Of a DNA stretch of 64,000 nucleotides, positions 27,157-36,659 are shown one piece after another (position 1 is the stretch's first letter; every line of letters begins with the position of its first letter). The position numbers and the translations under genes were made by a program. Origin of the DNA: an uncultured candidatus Brocadiaceae bacterium (GTDB taxonomy: Bacteria > Planctomycetota > Brocadiia > SM23-32); assembly GCA_964592385.1 (NCBI GenBank), contig CAZQEQ010000005.1:586-64585 (forward strand), given 5' to 3'. A model generated the notes under the pieces. It had not been told where the DNA came from and did not search any database. It saw nothing but the letters and a program-made list of their open reading frames with translations.

Positions 27157-27223
27157 GGATGTGACGCGCGCCGGACTGCTCGGCAGCACGGTTACCGTTT
27201 GGCCATCTTTTCGGGGCGCGTGA

Positions 27224-28273
27224 GTGCGCATCACGAACCGCACGGCAGCATCCTGGCTCTTCGGGGCGGCTGCACTGACGGCATGGCTGGCCGGATGTGC
27301 GACCGCCCCTCCTCCCTCGCCCGCCCAGGGCGCGGTCGATCACTTCCCCTTCAAGCACATCCCCCTGCGCGAGGGTGACATCGTCCTGTGCTTCGGCTCC
27401 ACGCTGCCGTCCCTGCTGATAGCCAGGTACGGCATCCCCGCCGGCCCGTATTCGCACTCCGGCATGTACTATCACAACGAAGAAGGCGTCGGGCGCATCC
27501 TCTCGATGGGGCCGGAAGGGCTGGAGTCGGTGCACCCGCTCGAGTTCGTGAACCGCTACGAACTGGCGGCCCTGGTGCGAATGCGGGGCGACGCAGACAC
27601 ACAGGTCCTGGGCGAGACCGCCCGCGAACTCTGGGAGCACAACAAGGCGGACCCCGTGCGCTTCGACCACGCGCTGATAAGGAAGACGGACGACAGCGCG
27701 CGGCTCTACTGCAACGAACTCGTCTCCCACGTCTATGGCCGGAGCGAGCTGCCCGATCCTTTCGCCGGCCCCGCCGACGTCAAAGAAACCTATTGGACGG
27801 AGCGCGTGCTCGCCCGGACCGGCATCGACCTGCTCTCCTCCGTCTCGCCCAACGCCGTGCTCTCGTCGAGCGAGTTCGAGGCCCTGGCCCAGATACAGAA
27901 GAAGGAGCGGCCCGAACGCGGCGAGATCATAACGTCCGCCATCCTCGACCGCATCCGCTTCTACGCCGTCGAGCAGCACTACGAACCCCGCAAGCCGAGC
28001 CTGGGCTCCAGGCTCATCATCGCTCTGGAGAAAGCCGTGCTGCTGCGGGACTACATAAACGAGCTGCCCAACCCCGAGCAACGGGACGTCTGCTACGCCA
28101 TGGCGGAATACGTGGCGCAGTGCAGCCTGCGGACGCTGACGCTGATAGCCCAGAACGAGGGCGAAGACTGGCCGCCGGAAGACGTTCGTGAGTTGACCGA
28201 ACGCGTCTGCGACGCATACCGCGACAGGTACTTCTGCCCCCGGGAGGAACTGTCCGAGGACGCGACGGAATGA
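27224..28273 (+). CDS. lipoprotein with YiiX/YaeF-type permuted papain-like (peptidase C92) domain
   Basis: GTG start. Lipobox LAGC. GDIVLCFGS...YSHSGMYY...LYCNELVSHVY matches the His...Cys permuted-papain pattern of the YiiX family. A ~170-aa helical C-terminal extension follows. Confidence 0.6.
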   Translation: MRITNRTAASWLFGAAALTAWLAGCATAPPPSPAQGAVDHFPFKHIPLREGDIVLCFGSTLPSLLIARYGIPAGPYSHSGMYYHNEEGVGRILSMGPEGLESVHPLEFVNRYELAALVRMRGDADTQVLGETARELWEHNKADPVRFDHALIRKTDDSARLYCNELVSHVYGRSELPDPFAGPADVKETYWTERVLARTGIDLLSSVSPNAVLSSSEFEALAQIQKKERPERGEIITSAILDRIRFYAVEQHYEPRKPSLGSRLIIALEKAVLLRDYINELPNPEQRDVCYAMAEYVAQCSLRTLTLIAQNEGEDWPPEDVRELTERVCDAYRDRYFCPREELSEDATE

Positions 28274-29328
28274 GGCGCGGCGAGCGAACCGATCCGGTGC
28301 TCATACTGCGGTTGGCCGTGCTGCTCGGCGTCGCGCAGGTGATGCCGGCCGGATGCGCCCTGCCCCGCCCCGGCCGGCAGCAGGACCCCTTGCTGGCAAG
28401 TGCGCTCTCCTACCAGGCGTTCCCCGACCCGTCGCGCGATCCCCGCACCTGCGCGGGGGCCTTCTGCACCGTTCGCAGCTACTGCGGCGTGCCGGCGGCC
28501 CGGCACGCGGCCCTGATGTTCGACGCGGAGTTCCGCTCCCTCCAGGAGACCCTCGGCGGGGACGCGAAGGGAAAGACCGACGTGACCCTGCACGCCACGC
28601 TGACCGATTACCGCACCGCTGCCGGCTTCCCGCCCGTCACGCCGAACTCCCGCGGCCGCTTCCATCCGTTGACCGGCCAGATCCACGTTGCCGTCGTGGC
28701 GGAGGAAGGGCCCGGACCTTCCGCCGTGCTGCGGCATGAGGCCGCCCATCGCTACCTTCACGCGACCTTCGACTTCCCCGTCCCGCAGGGCTACGCCGAT
28801 TCCGTCCAGGGGGAGCGGCTGCTCTCGGTCCCGTGGTGGCTGCACGAGGGCCTGGCGGCCTGCATGGAAGCCGCCGGCGCCGACGACAACGGCTTTCAGG
28901 CCGGGCTCGTCAACAGTTACAGGCACAGGGAGCTGCGGCACCGGCTTCTGAACCGCGAGTGCCCGCGGCCGCGCGAGGTGATCGGCAAGCCGCTGGGCGC
29001 CCCCTTCAACAGCACGGACTACGCCGTGGCGTGGGGCATCGTGCACACGCTCATGTACCACGGGGACCCGGCGGTCCGCGCCGAGCGGCGTCAGCGCTTG
29101 CGGGCGTACCTGGGCGAGTGCGCCGCTGCGTTCTTCGATGAACCCGCGGGGGACTTCGAGGCGGAGTTCGTCGCGTCCGGCCAGCTGGTCCCGGACTTCG
29201 ACGAACTGTGGCGCGCCAGGATCGCGCGCCGGTCGTTGGAGCAGTTCGCGCGGACCTTCCTGAGCGAAGGGCAGACGCTGGACCAGTGGGAGGAGCAGTG
29301 GCGCCGGGAGGTGTTCCGCCTGCGTTGA
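28270..29328 (+). CDS. DUF1570-like putative zinc metallopeptidase (peptidase MA-like), probable lipoprotein
   Basis: ATGA overlap with the upstream gene. HEAAH (HExxH) motif plus PWWLHEGLAACME, as in DUF1570 proteins. N-terminal hydrophobic segment ends in PAGC. Confidence 0.6.
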   Translation: MRRGERTDPVLILRLAVLLGVAQVMPAGCALPRPGRQQDPLLASALSYQAFPDPSRDPRTCAGAFCTVRSYCGVPAARHAALMFDAEFRSLQETLGGDAKGKTDVTLHATLTDYRTAAGFPPVTPNSRGRFHPLTGQIHVAVVAEEGPGPSAVLRHEAAHRYLHATFDFPVPQGYADSVQGERLLSVPWWLHEGLAACMEAAGADDNGFQAGLVNSYRHRELRHRLLNRECPRPREVIGKPLGAPFNSTDYAVAWGIVHTLMYHGDPAVRAERRQRLRAYLGECAAAFFDEPAGDFEAEFVASGQLVPDFDELWRARIARRSLEQFARTFLSEGQTLDQWEEQWRREVFRLR

Positions 29329-29358
29329 AGCCGACTCCGCCTCGGACCGCCTGCCGCC

Positions 29359-30627
29359 TCATTGCGCCAGCGGCGTGCCGGATAGCAGCGTGTCCAACTC
29401 CCGCTTGAGCCGCTCTTCGAGGTCGGCGGACAGTCCCACGTGAACCGCCTGGACCGTGCCGTCCTTGCCGATGATGACCGTCTGCGGGATGCTAAACGCG
29501 CCGTAGAGCATGCCCACGCTCATGTCGCTGTCGAGCGCCACGGGGACGTTCAGCTCGTGCCTGGTCAGGAACGGGTGGATATCCTCCGGCGCGTCGCCCT
29601 GGTTCACGGCGTAGAACACGACGCCTTTCTCGGCGTATGCTGCCGCGACGCGGGCGAGCACGGGCATCGCCCTGACGCACGGGCCACACCAGGTGGCCCA
29701 GAAATCGAGGATGACCACGTCCTTGCCGGTGTGCCCGCGGAGCGCGACCTCCCCGCCGTCCAGCAGCGGCAGCGTGAAGTCGGGCGCAGGCTTGCCCAGC
29801 AGGTCGGTCTCCTCCGGCATGGGCGGGCCGGCGAAGAGCGAATCGACCTGCTCGGCGCCGGCGGGCGGGGCGAACTTGAAACGCTCCTCGGGCAGGTCAA
29901 CGTCCACCTGCCAGTTGGTGAACTGCGCGGTGACCTCCATCTTCACCCCTGCCATCTCAGGCCGGCTTTCCGCGGCTCTCTGGATGGCCTTCGACAGGTC
30001 CGGCACCAGCTTCCACACCAGCGGCCTCTCGCCGTCCAGCACCCATATCTGCCAATCGAAGAACTCCTGGGCGAAGGCCGCCCGGCGGTACTTCACGCCC
30101 CCGATCTCCTCGGTACCCCCGTATTTCGCCTCGCGCACGCCCGCCGCGATCTGCTCGTAGGGACTGCTCGCAAGCAGGGCGGCCAGGAACGGCCAGGTGT
30201 GCATTGTCAGCGCGCCCATCATGGCCAGCTCCCGTTCCGAACTCAGCCCGTCGAGGCTCGCCGGCGCCTCGCTGACGACGTAACGCCTTGCCATCGGTAT
30301 AGATACGTGAAGCTTCCGCCCGTCGCACTGGACCGACATCCCCGTCACCCCGTCTGCCGGGACGATTGACACCTTGTTGGGCCTCTGCATCGCCACCTTT
30401 AGAACCGACGTCCGCTCGTCCTTCGTCCCCACGGCCTCGATCTTGGTTGTGATCGACAGATCGCAGCTGAAGCTCTTCAGCCCCCCGTAGTAGTCCGATA
30501 TCTGCCGGACCAGCTTCTCGGCGTTCGGATCGATCTTCCCGGGCAGCACCGCCTCCTGGCCCCGGGCGACGCTGCAAATCCCCGCCAGGGCAAGCGTTAT
30601 GGCAAACGCGGTCGCACGCATACGCAT
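29359..30627 (-). CDS. periplasmic LolA-like (DUF2092) domain fused to TlpA-type thiol:disulfide oxidoreductase
   Basis: Signal peptide. The N-terminal ~250 aa resemble DUF2092 (LKSFSCDLSITT..., FDWQIWVLDGERPLVWKLV). The C-terminal thioredoxin fold carries WATWCGPC. GGAGG RBS. Confidence 0.7.
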   Translation of the reverse strand: MRMRATAFAITLALAGICSVARGQEAVLPGKIDPNAEKLVRQISDYYGGLKSFSCDLSITTKIEAVGTKDERTSVLKVAMQRPNKVSIVPADGVTGMSVQCDGRKLHVSIPMARRYVVSEAPASLDGLSSERELAMMGALTMHTWPFLAALLASSPYEQIAAGVREAKYGGTEEIGGVKYRRAAFAQEFFDWQIWVLDGERPLVWKLVPDLSKAIQRAAESRPEMAGVKMEVTAQFTNWQVDVDLPEERFKFAPPAGAEQVDSLFAGPPMPEETDLLGKPAPDFTLPLLDGGEVALRGHTGKDVVILDFWATWCGPCVRAMPVLARVAAAYAEKGVVFYAVNQGDAPEDIHPFLTRHELNVPVALDSDMSVGMLYGAFSIPQTVIIGKDGTVQAVHVGLSADLEERLKRELDTLLSGTPLAQ

Positions 30628-30733
30628 GGTTTCTACCTCCCTCGCGGCGGGCGCCGCCCGCCTTCACGCCGCCGCGCCGGCCGCCGGGCCTCCTGGCCCC
30701 GCCCACCGACGCGACGCATCCCCACCTATGTGC

Positions 30734-30762
30734 ATTCTCGCAGTTACGCGCAGCCCTGTCAA
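30734..30762 (-). promoter_or_regulatory. sigma70-like promoter candidate for 29359..30627
   Basis: Minus strand TTGACA (30762-30757), 17 nt spacer, GAGAAT (30739-30734). Confidence 0.45.
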
Positions 30763-30994
30763 AGAGGCGCCGCCCGCGTCACCCCCCCTGTCAACCGGAC
30801 GGCATCGGGCTGACACGTGACCGGGCCCGTCGGCCAACGTGACCTCTTTTTCGGACGCCGCCGCGCGCCGCAACGTGCGTCGCGCTTCCCCCGACGGGCC
30901 CCGCGCCCTGACCGGTTCGGCGGACAGAACGGCCGCCTTTCGGACGCAATGCCGCCCGCCCGGACACCCGCTCCGGAGCGACACTCCCCCGCCC

Positions 30995-33900
30995 TCAGCG
31001 CACGACCGTCCCCGCCGTGATCCCGAGCACGCCGAGCATCCCGCGCGGCCCCCCAGCCGGCTGCAGCACGTCTATCTTCTCGACGGCGACCTCGGGTCGC
31101 GGGTTGCGCCACTCCATGCTGTAGAGCACGCCGATCTTGTCGGCCACCGCGGGTATCCCGAAGCTCGTCACGGCGGCCGCCTCGGGCAGCGCCACCGGCT
31201 CCGCCTGCTCCCAGTGCGCCGCGTGCCGCCCGACCACGACGGGCACGGTCGCCTCCTCGCCGTCGGCGTAGTGGACAACGTACCTCGCCAGCTCGGTCCC
31301 GTCGGCCGAGCGCGGGACGAAGGCCGCGTGCAGGAAGTAGAGCAGGTCGGCCCTGGCGCCGACCTCGATGCCCCGGACCTCGGCCGGCTTCCGCAGGTAG
31401 CCCGGCAGGCCGAGCACGATGCAGTTCGGCACGGGCGCCGTGGCGTAGTCGGGAACGTGATACGTGACGCCGCCCAGCTGGCGTTCGCCCACCTGGAAGT
31501 TCGTCAGGTCCTCCCCCTTCTCCCCGCCGAACCATCCCTGCACCCCGCCGTGCTCCGTGCCGTACGCGTTGCACCAATCGGTAAGGTTGACGGTCTGGAA
31601 CCGCACGTTGGCGCCCGGCACGGCGACGGTCGTCGAGCCGGAGCCGACGCCCATGTTCTGAAGGATCACGCCCACCAGGTTCCGCTTCTTGCCCACGTTC
31701 TCGGGGTTCGGCTCCTTCGCCATGAACTTGACCTGGCTCAGGAAGACGCCGCCCGCGCCGCGCGGGAACGCCACGAGGCCGCCCACGCTGTCGATGAAGA
31801 CGGCCTTCTCGGGCGGCTCGGCGCGCAGGAACTCCACGTTGTCGATGCCCACCAGTCGTATGTCAGGCGCGTCGGGCCGCATCTCCTGCCACGAGCGGAT
31901 CACCAGCGTTATCGTCTCCTTCACCTGGCGCGGCTCGGGCAGCTTGATCTCGTTCACGTCGGGCGAGACCGGCAGCGTCGTGCTGACCTTGCTCGACTCG
32001 TCGCCGTCGAACACGACGTCCAGGTCCCGGATGGCCCAGTATATGGAGTTGCTCCAGATGTTGACCTGGGCGATGGTCTCCGGCCGGCGCAGCTTGAAGG
32101 TGAGCGCCTTGCTGTCCGCCCCCTCCTCGATCCAGACCGACATGTAGTAGCGCCAGTGGTCGGTGCTGGACATGCCGTTGACCAGGTTGTAGGGCACCCG
32201 GTCGTTGTGCTCGCCCAGGGGCACGGGGTCGTACTGGAGCGGGTCCTCCGGCCCCTCCGGCAGCACGCAGAACGGGGCGACGTTCAGCCCGTCAATCACG
32301 TGGCTGAACGTGTTCATGCTGACCCACTTGCGCCCGTGCTGGACGACCGTCGGGCTGATCAGCGCCACGTCGCGGTTGCCCAGCGTGGCGGCCAGCGCAT
32401 ACTGCGAGTTCTCCATCGTCACCCGCTCCAGGCGGAACGGGCGGATTATGTGATCCGTGCCCATCAGGGCGTTGAAGGCGTCCACGCCCGTCGGGTCCAG
32501 CCCGCAGAGCATTATCCAGCCGCCGGCGTCCTGGAACGCCTCGGCGCGGTCCTTGATCCGCGCCAGCTCGGCCAGGTTCTCCGGCGTCGCCTTGACGACG
32601 GCCACCTTGTAGCGGGCGGGGTCAACGGCGGCCGCCAGGCTGTCCGCTGCCTCGCACTGCGCGCCCGTGGCGGCAACGTTGTCGGCCAGCAGGCGGTCCC
32701 CCGGCGCATAGACGGCCGCCACCCCCGCCGCCGGACGGTAGCCCGAGTAGTGCTCGATCATGTTGCGCAGCAGCACGTCCGCCGCCGGGTCAACGCCGAG
32801 CTTCGCGCCGACGCGCAACTGGCACAGGACGATGACGCCCCGGCCGCAGGGGACCTCGATCAGCGCGCTGTGCTTCAGCTCGTCGCCGCACTCCGCCAGG
32901 CTTCGCGCGCCCTTGGACGGCTTCACGTAAACGCGCTTGCACGTCGGATGGTCGCCGGCCCAGTCGATCAGGTCGTCTTTGCCCAGGTCCTTGAAGACCG
33001 GCGTGCCGAGCGCCTGCGGGTGAACGTAGCCGTAATAGTGCTCGGTGACGTCCAGCGGCGCGGGCAGGCTGCGGCCCGCGGCGGGCACTTCCTGTTCGAG
33101 AACGACGACGGCCCCGCCCAGGGCCGCGAACGAGAGGATGTCCTGGCCGAACGCCTCGTCGGCGGTCAGCGCATCCGGCCCGATGATGAGCAGGCCGCCC
33201 ATCCGCTTCGAGTCGGCCAGCTTCTCTATCTTGCTGCACGCCACGCCGGCGGCCTTCAGGAAGGGCTCGACCTTGCCGGACCGGTCGAAGAGCGTCACGG
33301 GCACGCCGGTCCGCACGGGCGCGCCGGTCGGCAGCACGGGCACGCTGCGCACGTCCACGTAGGGCTCCGCGCCGGCCTGGCTGCTCTTCAGCGTGAGCAC
33401 GCCGTCCAGGCGCCCGCCGGCGGGCGGCGCGTTGATGACAAGCGTCTGCTCCCGGCCGAACCCGGGCTCGACCTGGAGCTTCACCGTCTCGCCGGCCACC
33501 CGCCGGCCGCCGACCTCGTAGGTCCACTCGAAGGTCAGCGGCTCCGCACTCAGCGTATCGTTCATGACCTTGAACAGCAGCCGGTTCTCCCGGCCGGCGA
33601 AGAGCCGCGTCGTCTGCTTGCGCGGGATGACGTAGAGGTCGTGGAAGACCTTGCGGCCGTCCTCGTAGGGCGACAGGTTGTCCCACGGGAAGAAGCCGGC
33701 GGCATCCGCCCAGCGGTAGCCGCCGTAGAGCATGCGCAGGTACATGGCCTTGCCGCGGTTGGCCGCATCGCGTCCCTTGAACGCCTCGTCGCCGAGCGCG
33801 TAGGTCCCGTATCGCACCTCGGCGGCGAAGGCGCTCTCGCCGACGATCCACGGCACGTCCCTCTTCCAGGCCCAGCCCGAGGTGGTTATCCGGTCGGAGA

Positions 33901-36112
33901 ACTTCTCCAGCGTGTAGGCGTTCTCCGGGTACCAGTCCAGGCTGCCGTCGGGGTAGTGGGGGCTGTTGATCTCGATCCGGCCGCCCAGGGCCCCGCCGCC
34001 GCCGACGCTGTAGGGGCGCGTCGGGTCCACCTTGCGCGCCGCCTCGATCACTTCGCTGAAAAGCTCCTCGACCTGGTCCAGCACGTCGCGGTAGCGCAGC
34101 GTCCCCGTGATGTAGAGGTACTCGTTCTCCGCCTGGTACATGATGACCGACGGGTGGTTGCGGTAGGCCCTGGCCAGTTGCTCCAGGTGCTCGCGGTTGT
34201 TCTCCCAGACGGGCTCGTTAGGTATGAGCACGTTCTCGCCCTCGGCGTTCTTGCCCCTCTTGCCGAAGGCCTGCGTGATGAACATCCCGTCTATCATCGA
34301 GCAGAGGCGGCCGGGGATACCGTTGCGGTCGTAGAACTCCAGCCGCTCCTCGCGCGTCCTGAGGAACTTGCTCGTGGTGCGGTTCTGACTGAAGCGCGTG
34401 AAGCGGTCTCCCTCGCCGCGGAACGCCGCCAGCCAGCTCTCCCCGTCCCAGGGCCGGCCATAAACGTTAACCCAGTTCCAGAAGTTGCGACGCACGCCGT
34501 TGATGTAAACGCCGGTCCCCTTGATCGTCACCTCGCGGAAGCCGAACAACTCCTCCTGCACGTCCACGGGGGCGTTCTCCGTTATGGTGGTGCGCAGGCG
34601 GTACAGGTCCGGGCCGGGCACGGGCCACCAGAGCTTCGGGTCCTGCCAGTCGCCGGCCACCGTCGTCACGGCGACGCCGCCGGCGGGCACGGCGAGGTCC
34701 GCCGGGCCGAACTTCTTCTCCACCGCGCCGGTCCCGTCGTTGACGGCCTCGCAGAGCACCCGCACGCTGCGCGGCCCGTCCGACGCGTTCCGCACGGTCA
34801 CCTCCGCCTCCAGCCGCTTGTCCCGGACGGAGGTCTTGACGAACACGTCCTCGGTGTAAACGTCGCCCACCGCCACGAGCGTGACGGGGTTGACGATGCC
34901 GTACTCCGTCCCGTCGCCGTCGCCCTTGGTGCTGGGGTAGATGGGCGCCAGCCAGAGGACGTTCTTGGCGCTCCAGTTGTGCGGCAGGTTCCTGAGGGCG
35001 TTGACTTCCTTGCCCTTGTAGTTCTCGCTGTCGAGCGCGTAGTAGTGCCCCTTGATGGCGACGGCGATCTCGTTGACCTCGCCGGGCCGGACCAGGTTCG
35101 AGACGTCCTGGTCCCACGGGATCCAGACGCCCTTGTGCGTGCCGGCCAGCCGGCCGTTGACGAAGACGCTGGCGATGAAGTTCGTGCCGCTGAAGTGCAG
35201 GTAGAACCCGCGCCCCTCGCAGCCCTCCGGCACGTCCACCCGCGTCCTGTAAACGCACCGGTGCCCGAAGACCATCTCGTCCTTGGCCCACAGGCTGCCC
35301 GGCACCTGGAAGCCCATCCAGCGCAGGGGGTATTCGTCCGGCGACGGCAGCTCCATGACCGGCTCGAAGCGGTCCACCGTCATGTCCGGATCGTCGAAGC
35401 GCGCCAGTTGCCAGGGGCCGTCCAGCTTCAACTCGGAGCGCGCCGCGCCGGCGGCCGGTGCGGGGAAGCGATAGACGTGCTCGGCCGCCTGCTTGTCGAT
35501 CTCGGCGTCATAGGTCTGGCCCGGCTTGAGGCCACCCTCGGGCACGAAGCGCCCCTTGGTCAGCGCCACGCAGTCCAGCCCGACCAACATGCGCTCGCCC
35601 TGCGCCACCCTGGGGTAATGGATCTGGAGGGTCGTGGGGCCGGCGGCGAGATCGGCCTCGCCCAGGTGCAGCCAGGCGATCTCGAACCACTCGCCGAGGG
35701 CCATCACGTTCGTCGTGCGCACCTCGTTCGAGACCTCCGTCCAGTCTCCGTCGCCCACGCGCCAGCGCAGCGCAGGCCGCAGGCCCTCGAACGACACGCG
35801 CGCCCAGACCTCGTAGCTGCCGGCCTCCGGCACGTCCACGCCGTAGTCCAGGTGCCATCCGTCCGCCGGCACCTGGGACTGTGTCGCCCCGGCGTCCAGC
35901 GCCTTCAGCAGCATCTTGCCATCGGAGAGCAGGTGCGGCTTCGGGGCGCTCGCCTCGAACTCGAAGTCCGCCTTCGCGGGCGTCTCCCCCTCCGCCCACG
36001 CGAAGGCCTTCGGCTCGGCGAGGCCGGCCTGCGCAAGTGCGGCACACGTCACGAAGGCGACGGCCAGCAGGCGGCAGACGGCATGGCGACTACGGCGTGC
36101 AGAAGCGGACAT
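30995..36112 (-). CDS. giant secreted multidomain glycoside hydrolase (GH2-like core) with N-terminal shared module
   Basis: 1705 aa with a signal peptide. The N-terminal module is homologous to those of 14062 and 47574. GH2 sugar-binding-type segment (GFYLHFSGTNFIASVFVNGRLAGTHKGVWIPWDQDVSNLV). TIM-barrel segment (FGFREVTIKGTGVYINGVRRNF, YQAENEYLY). More than 900 aa of further uncharacterised C-terminal domains. GGAGG RBS. Confidence 0.7.
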   Translation of the reverse strand: MSASARRSRHAVCRLLAVAFVTCAALAQAGLAEPKAFAWAEGETPAKADFEFEASAPKPHLLSDGKMLLKALDAGATQSQVPADGWHLDYGVDVPEAGSYEVWARVSFEGLRPALRWRVGDGDWTEVSNEVRTTNVMALGEWFEIAWLHLGEADLAAGPTTLQIHYPRVAQGERMLVGLDCVALTKGRFVPEGGLKPGQTYDAEIDKQAAEHVYRFPAPAAGAARSELKLDGPWQLARFDDPDMTVDRFEPVMELPSPDEYPLRWMGFQVPGSLWAKDEMVFGHRCVYRTRVDVPEGCEGRGFYLHFSGTNFIASVFVNGRLAGTHKGVWIPWDQDVSNLVRPGEVNEIAVAIKGHYYALDSENYKGKEVNALRNLPHNWSAKNVLWLAPIYPSTKGDGDGTEYGIVNPVTLVAVGDVYTEDVFVKTSVRDKRLEAEVTVRNASDGPRSVRVLCEAVNDGTGAVEKKFGPADLAVPAGGVAVTTVAGDWQDPKLWWPVPGPDLYRLRTTITENAPVDVQEELFGFREVTIKGTGVYINGVRRNFWNWVNVYGRPWDGESWLAAFRGEGDRFTRFSQNRTTSKFLRTREERLEFYDRNGIPGRLCSMIDGMFITQAFGKRGKNAEGENVLIPNEPVWENNREHLEQLARAYRNHPSVIMYQAENEYLYITGTLRYRDVLDQVEELFSEVIEAARKVDPTRPYSVGGGGALGGRIEINSPHYPDGSLDWYPENAYTLEKFSDRITTSGWAWKRDVPWIVGESAFAAEVRYGTYALGDEAFKGRDAANRGKAMYLRMLYGGYRWADAAGFFPWDNLSPYEDGRKVFHDLYVIPRKQTTRLFAGRENRLLFKVMNDTLSAEPLTFEWTYEVGGRRVAGETVKLQVEPGFGREQTLVINAPPAGGRLDGVLTLKSSQAGAEPYVDVRSVPVLPTGAPVRTGVPVTLFDRSGKVEPFLKAAGVACSKIEKLADSKRMGGLLIIGPDALTADEAFGQDILSFAALGGAVVVLEQEVPAAGRSLPAPLDVTEHYYGYVHPQALGTPVFKDLGKDDLIDWAGDHPTCKRVYVKPSKGARSLAECGDELKHSALIEVPCGRGVIVLCQLRVGAKLGVDPAADVLLRNMIEHYSGYRPAAGVAAVYAPGDRLLADNVAATGAQCEAADSLAAAVDPARYKVAVVKATPENLAELARIKDRAEAFQDAGGWIMLCGLDPTGVDAFNALMGTDHIIRPFRLERVTMENSQYALAATLGNRDVALISPTVVQHGRKWVSMNTFSHVIDGLNVAPFCVLPEGPEDPLQYDPVPLGEHNDRVPYNLVNGMSSTDHWRYYMSVWIEEGADSKALTFKLRRPETIAQVNIWSNSIYWAIRDLDVVFDGDESSKVSTTLPVSPDVNEIKLPEPRQVKETITLVIRSWQEMRPDAPDIRLVGIDNVEFLRAEPPEKAVFIDSVGGLVAFPRGAGGVFLSQVKFMAKEPNPENVGKKRNLVGVILQNMGVGSGSTTVAVPGANVRFQTVNLTDWCNAYGTEHGGVQGWFGGEKGEDLTNFQVGERQLGGVTYHVPDYATAPVPNCIVLGLPGYLRKPAEVRGIEVGARADLLYFLHAAFVPRSADGTELARYVVHYADGEEATVPVVVGRHAAHWEQAEPVALPEAAAVTSFGIPAVADKIGVLYSMEWRNPRPEVAVEKIDVLQPAGGPRGMLGVLGITAGTVVR

Positions 36113-36552
36113 ACCTGATCCTCCAGGGCGGGAAAGACAATCCAGCGGCGCCCGGGCCTGAGGCCCGACTTCCCGGGAACGTACATAGCATACAGGCAGC
36201 GGGCCGCCGTTGCGAACGTCGCGGGGGGTAACTCAGCCGGCCCGGGCTGTAGCGCGGCCGCCCCCGGCCGCGAGCCTCTCAGGCAAGGACGCCTGGCGGG
36301 TTAGAGCCACCTTGTCAACTTCGGAGAACCCGTGTCGGAACAGGTCGGGATGCCGGCGTGTGCCGAAGAACCGTCATTCCGAGTCCCGCTCAGGCGGGCG
36401 CGCCATTCGTCCTCGTCGTCGAAGCTCTGCCGATGCCGGGGAGGACGAGAACGAGAACGATTGCGGCACGAGCCCGTAATCTCGATCTTGAAGGTGCACT
36501 GGTGGCCTGATGAGGAAGTCACCTTGGGTTTCGCAGGTTATCTCTGAACCGG

Positions 36553-36616
36553 GCGCGGGGCGAGACGCCCCGCCTACCCCTATCTGGGTAGCCCCCGGCG
36601 TCTCGCCGGGGGGCGC
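36553..36616. repeat. GC-rich palindromic element (GGCGAGACGCC / GGGTAG arms)
   Basis: GGCGAGACGCC..CTACCC (left) pairs with GGGTAG..GGCGTCTCGCC (right). The same arms recur in permuted order at 52302-52370. It lies just downstream of the gatB stop. Confidence 0.7.
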
Positions 36617-36659
36617 GAGCACAAGGTTCTCAGTTGAACAGGCCACCAGCAACAAGCAA

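Noticed and set aside
30839-36118. 1759-aa ORF on the plus strand, the longest in the track
   Set aside because: It is exactly antisense to the GH2-like gene 30995..36112. Its composition is dominated by Arg/Ala/Gly/Pro/His/Val, as expected for a GC-driven shadow frame. It has no recognisable domain, signal or RBS.
36497-36535. CUGAUGAG string (GGCCTGATGAGGAAGTCACC) reminiscent of a hammerhead ribozyme core
   Set aside because: There is no matching GAAA/CGAAAC element, no cleavage-site context and no three-stem arrangement on either strand.
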